The notes beneath the pieces were generated by a model. That model did no database searches, was not told the origin of the DNA, and saw only the letters and a list, made by a program, of their open reading frames with translations. A program made the translations under genes and the position numbers. From the NCBI RefSeq assembly GCF_001447785.1, contig NW_015168654.1, forward strand, positions 2,120,031 to 2,184,030: DNA of 64,000 bases, in the 5' to 3' direction. Every line of letters starts with the position of its first letter. Position 1 is the stretch's first letter. This document shows positions 1 through 10,700 of this stretch, piece by piece. The DNA is from Gekko japonicus (taxonomy: Eukaryota).

Positions 1-257
1 GGGGAAGCTAGGTCCATCTGCCTGCGATGGGGATGCCAGCAGTAACACAACCCTCCATCATTCTTGGTCTGCAGTGGGGTTGCTGTGAACTTGCCTGCAA
101 CTGCTATGCTCCCTGTACTTTGCTTGAGGGCTATTTCCTATGCTTATTTTCCTCCCCAGAACAGGCATAAGAGACCAATTAGCTGTGCTGGATTTGGCAA
201 TATGGGAGCATCAGGATCTTGGGTTTGTGTTCCCTCCCCCCCCTGACGTCCCCAGGC

Positions 258-262
<5 letters not shown>

Positions 263-301
<39 letters not shown>
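263..301. repeat. (CA)n microsatellite
   Basis: Perfect CA run. Confidence 0.95.
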
Positions 302-304
<3 letters not shown>

Positions 305-864
305 ACCCAAAACTCCACATCTCAACACATTTTAAAAGAAAGTGCACTTGAAGGGTGGGGTGGGGGTGGTTATCATCAGTGGGCATTTCTGCTACTGCGG
401 ATGGACTGTGATACTAAAATAGCCCTGCATCAAGATGAACAGTGGCTCACTGGGAATTTCTCAGTAGTTACAGGAGTAGCCTGACCATAAGAAAACAACC
501 CTTTCAGGAACTTTCAGAAGAATAATTTGAGAGAGGGACCTACTTTGGCAATGCTTTCAGGGCCGTACTACAAACGATGGACTTGTAGTCCACGAGACCC
601 TGATCTGGATTGGGCACACAGCACAGTGGCTCCAGGAGCTCTTGTTTCCAAGAATAGAAACAGCCATGCTGGATCAGGGCCCTGCAGGAATTTTTAAAGA
701 ACTACAAATGCTTCTAAAATGGCATTTGCGTCTGCAGGATGGACACATGGACTCTGTCATTTGTAACTTGGCTCTCAGTACAATCCTAATCAGAGTTATA
801 TCTTTCTAAACCACTGATTGGATTTAGAAGGGTTTTGTTTAGACTGAACACTCACAAAACTTCC

Positions 865-1345
865 TCGGACTGAATAAGACCGTTGGTCCATCCAGGTAAG
901 TAATGTTTACTCAGACTGGCAGCAACTCTCCAGGGTCTCAGGTGGAGGCCTTTCACATCACCTACTTCCAGATCCCTTTTTAACTGGAGATGCCCATGAC
1001 TGAACGTAGGACCTTCTGCAAGCAAAGCAGAGGGTGATTTCCCACAAGCGCTGCTCCGCGCTCACTCCTCCCTTTTGCCCCGATGGTACGTGTCAATTTC
1101 ACACAAGCTGCTGCGCAGCCACATTTTGCCCTGCAGCTTCGCACGATTTTCCCCGCGTCTACTCAATCCTGTTTTTTGAGGATTGAGTAGACGCAGGAAA
1201 AATCGCGCGAAGCTACGGGGCAAAATGCGGCCGCGCAGCAGCTTGTGTGAAATTGACACATACCATTGGGGCAAAAGGGAGGAGTGAGCGCAGAGCAGCG
1301 CTTGTGGGAAATCACCCAGAGTCTCTTTCACTGAGCCACAGCCCT
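865..1345 (-). mobile_element. tRNA-derived SINE copy, split by the MITE at 1032-1317
   Basis: Reverse complement matches the family seen intact at 27920-28132 and 61345-61552. Confidence 0.75.
1032..1317. mobile_element. Fully palindromic MITE (PIF/Harbinger-like) with 3-bp TSD AGA, nested in a tRNA-derived SINE
   Basis: Ends GGGTGATTTCCCACAAGCGCTGCT / AGCAGCGCTTGTGGGAAATCACCC; the two halves pair along almost the whole length; AGA on both flanks. Confidence 0.85.
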
Positions 1346-1627
1346 TCCAGTTATCTGTTTCCTTGGAATACAAGAAGGGGATCTACCAATGAATGGCATC
1401 TAAGTACCAACAGCTGCTATGACAAGACAGGAAAAGGTTCCCAGTCTCGACAGGGCCTTTATCAGGCCTCAGTGGGAAAGCTGACGGTGTGTTGTCCATC
1501 TCTCCCTTTCCTCCAAGAGCACTTGGCTTCAGTTGTTCAGCTCTGAGTGTCCACTTTGAGTCCCACTGTGAACAAGTCCCTTTTGCAGGTTTTTCATGCC
1601 TCCTCCCCACCACATGCTAGCACCCAC

Positions 1628-3404
1628 CTCATTTGCTGTGTGAGCAACACTTTACGGCTGTACTGGTGCAGATGGGAGAAGAGGCTGACTTTGGCACCGT
1701 AATCCGGTCTCAAAGGCACCTGGGCAGACGGCAAAGAACAGGGTTGGAAGGCACTTTCTGGCTACCAGCAAGGGACTCCCTTCCTATATTTCACCCTCTC
1801 CTACAGATTTTTAACTCAGCAAATCTCTACTTAACATTTCTATTATGTTTTGATTTGCAACATTCTCACATACCCCTTATAGTTACAAGATGGAAGGCAG
1901 AGCGATTGGCCAAATACCTCCCAAATCACCTTCCTCCGAGCTCAAAGCTCCACTCCAACCCCAGACAACACAGGCACACACTGGCCTACCACGACCACCA
2001 TCCAAATTCAAAACCGATAAGTGGCAGAGTACAAGCCTAACAAGAAACCAAGCCCTTGGACATAAACCCCTGCCTTAGCCCTCCAAATGTTTGGGGGCTG
2101 GCTGCCTGGCTATCACACCCTACACATGTGACAGCCAGTGTGGTGTAGTGGTTAAGTGTCAGACTAGTACGTGGAAGATCCGGGTTCGAATCCTCACTTG
2201 TGCCATGGAAGCTCACTGGGTTACCTTAAGCCAGTCACGCTCTCACAGTCTAATCTATCTCACAGGGTTGTTGTGAGGATAAAATGGAGGAGAGGAGATT
2301 GATATAAGCTTTTCTTCCCATTGGGGAAAAAGGCAGGGTATAATTGAAGTAAATATAAACACTTCAGGGTAGCTTCCTACAGCTAAGCCAAAACCAGAGA
2401 AGCAAGCCCCAAAGCTATTGGAACTAGCCATCCCAGACACACACACCCCAAGCAGGTTCGCAGGTTCTCTCACCCACCCCCTTTCTCCTACCTGCTGTCG
2501 CTCCAGCTTCTTGGCCAGTTTCTTGAGCGCAGCCGGGTCATCGACTTGCACGTGTTCAGGGAGCCGCTTCACGGGAGGGGGGGGGGGGGAGAGAAAACCA
2601 GGTCAGGGATGAGGCGGTGACCCAGGGAGGGTGATTCCCACCCGGGGGGCCGCTGGGACAGTCCTACCTGGCTGGGCCTCACTAGGTACGAGCCGAGGTT
2701 TGGCGGGCAAGGCCGCAGGGCTCTGCTCTCCTTTCTTGGTCTGCTTCAGGGCCCGGTCGGCCTCCTGCTTCGCCCGCCGCTCTGCCCGCATCTCGGCCTT
2801 GCTTTTGCCCCCCGGGGCCTTGTCAACGGCCATGGCCGGGGTCGGCGCTGTGCCTAGAGGGAGGAAGGGAGCGGGTCAGGAGCCAGGGCGCGGCGCCCCC
2901 CTCGACCGGCAAAGCCTCTCGGCGAGGCCAGGGGGCGCCTTTCCCCACCGCGCTGGGGGAACTTCCAGCAGCCCAGAGAGAAGCGACCGGCAGGCTTAGG
3001 TCCATCTGCCCACCCGCCCAGGTCTAGGCTGCATTCGCTTCCCGGGCCGGGCCCCATGGGCAACCTGGCGGCGGCGGCGGCGCAGCACTGATGGGTGCAG
3101 GTTGAACGAGGGGGGCTCCCTCCTGCTGCTGCTGCTGCTGCTGCCTCTCCGGCTGCTGCTCGTCCTGGCGTCGCTGCTTCTTTTTCTGCTGCTTCTTCTC
3201 TTTCCGGAGCTGCAGCTTCTCCTCGCGGGAGAGCTCGGCGCCGGGCACCTGCAGAGGCGACCGTGGGGTTAAACAGAGCGGAGCGGCGCCTTCCTCTCCT
3301 GTCCGCTCTCGCCTCCGCCACCCACCCTCCGATACCTGGCCCCGCTCCGCGCTTGACGGCGGCTGTACGCCTTTCCCGACCTCGCGGTTACTTTGCTCCG
3401 CCAT
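1628..3404 (-). CDS. EIF2B4: Translation initiation factor eIF2B subunit delta, 5' part (continues off the left edge). Exons: 3404-3336 (or 3404-3381), 3248-3065, 2853-2668, ~2574-2492, 1719-1628
   Basis: Peptides [54 protein letters not shown] and [22 protein letters not shown] match the eIF2B-delta N-terminus. GT/AG boundaries keep frame, except one missing acceptor at ~2575. Head-to-head with SNX17 as in human. Confidence 0.93.
2133..2360 (+). mobile_element. CORE-type tRNA SINE (Squam3-like)
   Basis: A box TGGTGTAGTGG, B box GGTTCGAATCC, CORE-like CTGGGTTACCTTAAGCCAGTCAC, A-rich tail; related copies at ~4395, 11670, 14615, 26020, 38690, 50878, 59830. Confidence 0.8.
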
Positions 3405-3900
3405 TGCCTCTCGGTCCCAGCTAGAAGCCGACAACAGGCGACCGGAGCCGCGAGGCAGCGACGCCTGCTGGAGGGAGCGAGGGCGCCAGGCCAGATGGAA
3501 AGGGGCGCAAGCCGCCTGGAGCGGCGGTACTTGGGAGCCTCTCACCGTCCAGACCTGGGCATGCCTACTTGCTCCCGGGGGGAGCGCCGCTAGGACTGCG
3601 GCAATGCCCGCAGGGATGGGAGGTGGGTGGAGAGAAGAGAGTTGTCCCTCTCTCCATTCCTTCTCCTGGGCAGCTGGGCGCACAAGACAGGCAGCTCTGC
3701 GCTCCCCGGGTGGCCAAGTGACCCGTGGTAGAGGGCGCTCCTCTTGCCCCCGGGTCTGGATGCGGGTGGGGCGGGAAGAGGCTCGATCTGATCAGCCGCA
3801 TTTTAATGGGGCGTAAAGAAAGGATCCTTCGGAGTCGAGGGGGGAGGGGACTCCGCCTCACAGGGGACACTGCTGAGAAGCTGAATGCATATTTCCCCTG
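2600..3900. promoter_or_regulatory. CpG island / promoter of EIF2B4
   Basis: High GC and CpG density across the first exons and upstream. Confidence 0.75.
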
Positions 3901-4144
3901 GCTTTTTGCTGAGGAAGACGCTGTTTTCAGGCAGAGTGACTCATTTCAGTGGTTTGGGGATTACTTGGCATAGGCGTGCACTGGCACTACCTCCTATATA
4001 TAGGGGGCAGTGGCACTGGTCTCTGGGCCTTTTCAGAGTCGGAAAAAAATAATAACGTGAGGGCACCACAGAGGCTTAAAAAGAAATTATTGTGCATGGT
4101 ATGCAGAGAATTCCTCCAGAAATAAAAGGGTCTGCCAGTGAAAT

Positions 4145-4290
4145 GGTATGAGCTTTCCTGAGTCACTGCTCACTTCTTCAGATTGAGCAGTGACTCAGGA
4201 AAGCTTATACCTTGCCACAAATTTTGTTAGTTTTTAAGGTGCCACTGGACTCTTGCTCTTTTCTACTGCTACAGACAGACTAACAGGGCT
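4145..4290. mobile_element. Penelope-like retroelement terminal fragment with inverted repeat
   Basis: Inverted repeat GAGCTTTCCTGAGTCACTGCTCA / TGAGCAGTGACTCAGGAAAGCTT plus TAAGGTGCCACTGGACTC motif shared with 53660-53913 and 54480-54670. Confidence 0.65.
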
Positions 4291-5376
4291 TGAGCTATCT
4301 GCCAGTTAAATGGTTAGGTAATAGAGTCAGAACGAGCCCCCCCCCCCAAGAAAACAAGCACTTCTTTTCACTATGCATTACTAATTTGCCTTTACTGTGG
4401 CGCAGTGGTTAAAATGCTGACCTAGGATCCGGGAGACCCAGGTTCAGGTCTCTAGTCTGCCATGAATCTTGGGCCAGTGATTACTTCCTGGGTTACTATC
4501 AGGGTAAAATGCAGGAAGGGAAACTGATATACATGGCTCTAAACTCCCCAGAGGAAGAGCTGGGTGTGTGTGTGTGTGTGTGTATTAAGGGCTGACAAAT
4601 CACTTCTGACTCATGGTGACCTCCAAAACATCATTAACAGCCTTGCTCAGGTCTTGCAAACTGAGTGCCAAGACTTCCTTCATGGAGTCAATCCATTTCA
4701 TCTTGGGTCTTCCTCTTTTCCTGCTGCATTCAGCTTTTGTAGCATTATCATCTTTTCCAGTGATTCTTGTTTTCTCATACTGTGACCAAAGTACAATAGA
4801 TCCAGTTTAGTCATTTTAGCTCCTAGGGAGAGCTATATACTATACTATATATTATAGTACACAGCAGAAGTTTCCTTGAATGTGGAGCCATGACGAGTTG
4901 TTGTTATTACTATTATTACTGACACACACAGACACACACATATATAATTAGTATGCCAGTGCAACACCCTAGGCTACCACTGTCTGGCATGCATGCAACA
5001 TACAAGTAGCAGCTTTTGCGGTTTAAAGGAGATGTGGGAGTGCAAAAGTAGCACAGGTGAGCTCTTTTTGTTGTGCCGGTATCCTGTTTAAATCAAGCCT
5101 GAAATTCCGCAGAATTATGCAGTCTAAACCCATTGATTTCAGTGGATTTAGACAGGAGTAACTGCATAGGATTCCACTGTAAGAGAAAGTTGTACAGGAC
5201 AGATACACTTATATGTATTGCGGTGTTCATTGTATTTAGTAACTTGTTTTAACTGCATTGTCTTCTACTTTTGTAGTCTGCTTTCCGCATTATGGGATGT
5301 CATGCCTACGTAGTTCTGTAATTATAATTCTATTGCATTGTTCATTGGATGTCTTCCGCTGTCTGATTGAATTCCA

Positions 5377-6190
5377 GAAGCTGGAATTAAGATTGCTGGG
5401 AAAAACATCAACAACCTCAGATACGCAGACGATACCACTCTAATGGCAGGAAGTGAAGAGGACCTAAAGAGCCTTTTGCTGATGGTAAAAGAGGAGAGCG
5501 CAAAGGTTGGCTTGAAACTCAACATCAAAAAAACTAAGACCATGGCATCCGGCCCCATCACTCCTTGGCAAATAGAAGGAGAAGTCGTGGAAGCAGTGAC
5601 AGACTTCACGTTCCTGGGATCCAAGATCACTGCAGACGGTGACTGCACTCATGAAATTAAAAGATGCCTGCTCCTTGGGAGGAAAGCGATGGCAAACCTT
5701 GACAGCATAATAAAAAGTAGAGACATCACCCTGCCAACCAAAGTTCATATGGTCAAAGCAATGGTGTATGGCTGCGAGAGCTGGACTATAAGGAAGGCCG
5801 AGCGCCGAATAATAGATTCTTTTGAATTATGGTGCTGGAGAAGACTCTTGAGAGTTCCCTGGACTGCAAGAGGATCAATCAGTCAGTCCTAAAAGAATTC
5901 AACCCTGACTGTTCCCTGGAAGGCCAGATACTGAAGATGAAGCTCAAGTACTTTGGCCACCAAATGAGAAGGGAGCACTCACTGGAGAAGAACCTGATGC
6001 TGGGAAAGACTGAAGGTCAAAGAAGACAGGGACGACAAAGGATGAGATGGTTAGACAGTGTCATAGATGCAACGAACATGAAATTGAGCAAACTTCAGAG
6101 GATGGCGGAAGACAGGAAGGCCTGGCGTGATCTGGTTCACGGGGTTGCGAAGAGTCGGACTTGACTATGCGACTGAACAACAACAACAAA
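5377..6190 (+). mobile_element. BovB/RTE LINE, 5'-truncated 3' end
   Basis: RT motif NNLRYADDTTL, KVGLKLNIKKTK, YGCESWT, FELWCWRRLLRVPWT, RMRWLD; (CAA)n tail. Confidence 0.92.
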
Positions 6191-6273
6191 CCTCCTTAAG
6201 TCTCAAAGAGAAATAAATGAAGTAAATAAATAAAATCTATTAGTTTTCTTTATTTCAAAGGGAAAGAAATGAA

Positions 6274-6638
6274 GGCCCCGGTCACACGGGACGGATATTA
6301 CAGGGGGGAGGCGTGGCTAATTGCCCCGGCACAGTTTGATGCACGATTACGCGATCAGACGCACCGGCGGCACACCACGGGTCCTTCCCTCGGCGCCGGC
6401 GGGTAAACGAGGGACCAGAGGGGAATGCCGCACGCCGGCGCGATCACACCACGGGCGTCTGGAGGCAGCCCGTGGCAAACGTTTACTAGTACCCTGGAGG
6501 TACTAGTTTTTAAGGCACATTGTCGGCGGTAAGCCACGGGTGCGCTCCACTTCCCAGATGTTGGGGTGTGATCGCGCCCGGATAATCCGCCCACCATCCG
6601 TGCCTCTCCTGTGGCAACTTTTCCATGTGACCGGGGCA
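6274..6638. mobile_element. GC-rich non-autonomous DNA transposon (MITE), possibly Harbinger-like
   Basis: TIR GCCCCGGTCACACGG / CCATGTGACCGGGGC; candidate 3-bp TSD GAA. Confidence 0.65.
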
Positions 6639-7299
6639 GAAGTAAATCTATGGCTATTAGCCATAATGGCTAAATGAAACCTCCAAGGCCAGAAGCAGTG
6701 AACCTCTGAATACTGGATGGAGGAGATTAAAAACTGGGAAGGGCTACTGTGCTCTGTAGGCATCAGACAACACAAACCCAATCCCCTTAATGTCTTTCAT
6801 TTGCATCAACCGAAATGACACAGAACAGCGTATGCTTCTTGTTGCCCACAGTGGCTGGTTGTCTCTGCGGGAAACTGGAAGACTTAGACGGATTCTTCGT
6901 CTTATTCCTTCTTACTGTCAGTTTCGCTCCCAATGCGGTTAATACCTTGTATCCAATTGCTATTAATCATGACCGGTGAACAGGGGTAAGGAGCGAAGGC
7001 TTCATAAACTGCAACTTTCACGAAAGAAAATCCCACGCAATCCAGGCGAAAGAGCCCAAGCATCCTTCCAACAGATAAGAAAGCAAAGGGGCGGTGTCAA
7101 CATTACCCACGTGTTGCGGTCCCTTTAAAGGTACGTACCATGCCATCTGCCAAGGAGGGGTGCCTGATATAAAGGAGAAGAAATACCTCTCCATGGTTTC
7201 TCCCGCTGTTCAGAGTTTTCCCAGAGGCTGAAGCCTAGAGGCGCTATATCCAGCCCTTGCCATGGCAGCAGAAGGACTGCCTTTTCTCTCCACCGTTCT

Positions 7300-7700
7300 T
7301 GCTGTCTCACCGCCCTCCCTCCGGGACTTGGTCCTTTCTGAGCCGATCCATTCCGTGCAAAGTGAGGGGGAGGACCGGCTACGAGAAAGGCGGCCACCCC
7401 CTCTCCCCGCCCACAGTGGTGCGGCCTCCTCCCCGCGGCCCGTGCAAGATGGCGGTGTTTGCGGGGCTCCGTTCCGGCCTCAGTTGGAGGTAGCAGTGGA
7501 CCCAGGATCAGGCGACAGGCGGCGGCCATGCACTTCTCCATCCCGGAGACCGAGACCCGCCCCGGGGAAGGCGGCAATGGGGCCTACGTGGTGGGTGTCG
7601 CGGGGCCAGCCTTCCTGCCCCTCTGCCATTCGGGCCCCGGGGAGGTGGGGGAGGTGGTGATGCCCCCTTTGCACGTCCGGCGCTCTGGTCTTCACTATGG
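7300..7700 (+). promoter_or_regulatory. SNX17 CpG-island promoter with YY1 motif CAAGATGGCGG at 7445-7455
   Basis: CpG-rich; canonical YY1 consensus ~75 nt upstream of the ATG. Confidence 0.7.
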
Positions 7701-10700
7701 GGTGCAGTATTGGATTGTGCCCCATGGGCTCCCCGGTCCCCACTCCGTTAAGAGACTGGGTGTTCGGTCACCCTCTCAGTGCTGGATCTGGAAGGGGCGG
7801 CTGCCTGCATGCATGGAATCTGCCCCCCCCCCCGCCCCCCAGACACGTTACACCGGCCCTGGCTGGCATCAGGTGGGCCCGGGTCCTGTTTTTAGCGGCT
7901 GCTATGCTTTCCTTACAGTCACGTCCGCAAGTCCCCTGCAAAACACACAGAAGCTGCTGGAGCAAGGTTTTTTGGGAGGCAGCTCTGTTGGGTCGCGCCC
8001 GTGCCCATAACCCTCCTTGCTTATCCTTTCCCAGGGTTAATTTGCAAGTTACGTGTCGAAGGGGTAGGGGGGCGGGGCGCATAGGAGTTCTGTGCTGACC
8101 GATCGATTAGGCCTGCCTTTATCCCAGGTAACGAAGTCCCAGCCGGGATAAACACATTAAAAACAGAACCATACAAGACTCCAAAATAATCAAAGTTAAA
8201 ACAGCCTTGAGTCCAGCAGCGATCTTGACCCTTGAAGACATCCCAGAAGTGTGAAAGCATTCATGTAGAATGGATTCTAGAGGACTCAAAACCTCTTCTA
8301 TAAAGTGCTGTTTTGCAGTCCCTCTCTAAAGGCAGGGAAGAGTCTTCTAATGTGACCCTCCTAGTAGGGTTAGGGAAGGGTTTTGTGTTTGTGATTCCCC
8401 CCGCCGGCGCCTTTCTGTCCCATTTAATTAGCTCTTCTGTGGCCATTACCAAACCACAGTATGTGACCAAAAGTCACCTTCTTGATTTTAAGACATATGG
8501 AGCTGCCTGATACAGAGCCAGTCCATTGGCCTGCATTGCCCAGAATAGTCTGCTCTGGCTGGCAAAGATTTCTCCAGGACTCAGGCAGAGAAAATCTTTT
8601 CCTGCAAGCTGAGCTCCTTTCACTAAAGAGGCCAGTGATCGAACCAGGGACCTTCTGCATGCACTGCTGGTGCTCTGGAGAGAGCTGTGGCTCCATACTT
8701 GTGTAATCTGTTTAAATATCTTTGACAAATTTTGCAAGAAAGCAAACAGTTACTACCCTCTATCTGTCTTCAGCCTCCCACTTGCAGTAGCTTTTTGTCT
8801 TAGTATTTTTTATTCATTAGGCTTCATCTGTTTCTCCTTAAAACAGAATGGGGAGAGTCTCTCTTTGGATTACCCTCTCCTGCCTGGCATGTTGTTGAGC
8901 TGTCGTTTGATATACATATGCATGCTTAGTATGTGTCTACGTGTACAAAGCTGACGGCAGGCATTACTCATTAATCAGTGTTTCTTGTCTGCTGCTTCTA
9001 TGCTGGGGGATTGAGCAACTGCTTCCATTCCTCTCAAGAAGATCTTCTTGCAAGGGGGGGGGGGGAAGGGGTGTCCTGTAGCTGCTGCTTCACTTATATG
9101 GTACCTTTCCCTGGAAGTGATAATGAAACATGTTTTTCATCAAAGTCTTTTCCTTCCTCTGTGCGTGTCTGTGTGTACAGAAGCCATGCAAGTAGTGGTG
9201 TGAATTATATAAAACTGGCTTATGCTCAAACCACACCATTGGTCTGCTAAAGTCATCCGAGACTACTCTGACTGGCAGTTGTTCTACATCACCTACTTGC
9301 GATCCTTTGAACTAGACTGAATCCAGGACATTCCATGTGTAATCCAGAGGGTTGCAAAACAAAGCTTTTTAGAAGAGACTTTGCCTGCCATGAATGAGTG
9401 CTTTAACACTTCTATATGTCTTGAAGGGCAGAGAGCACAGTTGGATTCAGACGTTTCTGTGAGCTTGCAAAGCAGATACTTCAGGCAACACCCCCCCCCC
9501 CCACAAGTCCAGGGAATGTAGTTTTCTTAGGGTGAACGTTGCTTTATAACAGAAGACTGTGTTTTATGTTAGCCTGTGATAATCATCCTTTTTCCTTTCC
9601 CCTTCTGTCATTTATTTTCCAGGGCAAAGCAGAATATCCATATGCACCAGCACCTCTTTTGGCACTTTTGCCCTCCTTCATTGGGCCTCTGGAGCCTTTA
9701 TGCTGGGAGCTAAGCCAGCTCTGCTATAGCTTGGCCAGGGATCTGCAGCCCTTTCACAGAGCAGGCAGAGCTGTCATGGGGCTGATAGGATATCTCTTAC
9801 CTGGGAATTCTTACCACATGGGAGTCCTAACCACCCTAGTGTAGAGGGCGGGGACAGCTGGCAGGGCTCCCTGTCCCCAAATCAGGTCTCTTCAGTGTAT
9901 CTTTACTCTGTGTATCCAGCTGTTGACTGCATTCCTGATGATGCTTTCTTTCACCCCGGCAGGCCTACAATATCCACGTGAATGGTGTCTTGCACTGCCA
10001 GGTGCGATACAGTCAGCTGCTGGGCCTGCATGAACAGGTGAGGAGCCGGGGGGGGGGGGAATTGGAGGAGAGGCACTGGAATCTGCCATTAGACAGAACT
10101 GTGAGGCTTCTAGGCTGTAGGATGTGCTCCCAGCCTTGTTAAACTGCAAATGGTGAAGCCCTGTTAGCCTCTCTTGTGGTATGCTGGCTTCTACTACGAC
10201 CAGCCTGCCGTGAGACAGAGAGGACTCCACAGGGAATTCCTGTCCTGAAGCCAGAGTGAGTGTGATCAGGCAATCTAAAAATGTGAGTGGCAAAGTGGAG
10301 AGCCATTCTTGGTTGTTTTATAACTAGAGGTCTGCTCGTCTGTCTGCAGTTAAGGAAAGAGTATGGCGCCAACGTGGTACCAGCCTTCCCCCCAAAGAAG
10401 ATCTTCACACTCACGCCAGCAGAGGTAGAGCAACGACGGGAGCAGCTGGAGAAGTATATGCAGGCCGGTGAGTGACATGAGTCTACCTTCCACTGAGTCA
10501 GCCTTGTCTACTCGGACAGTTGGTGGCTTCCAGGATCTCAGACTGGGGTCTTTTCCCGTCTCCTGCTATCTGATCCTTTTAGCTGGAGATGCCAGGGATT
10601 GAACCTGGGATCTTGTGCAGACGAATCAGATGCTGTACTGTAAAGCCACCCTCCCCCCAAGTTTTCCAAGTAGCTGTTGAAGTCTGGGTGTTGGGAGAAG

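Noticed and set aside
700-760. VHPA peptide on the minus strand as the next EIF2B4 exon
   Set aside because: Flanking residues do not match the conserved LGLQYSQG..SNARC block; the next exon probably lies outside the window.
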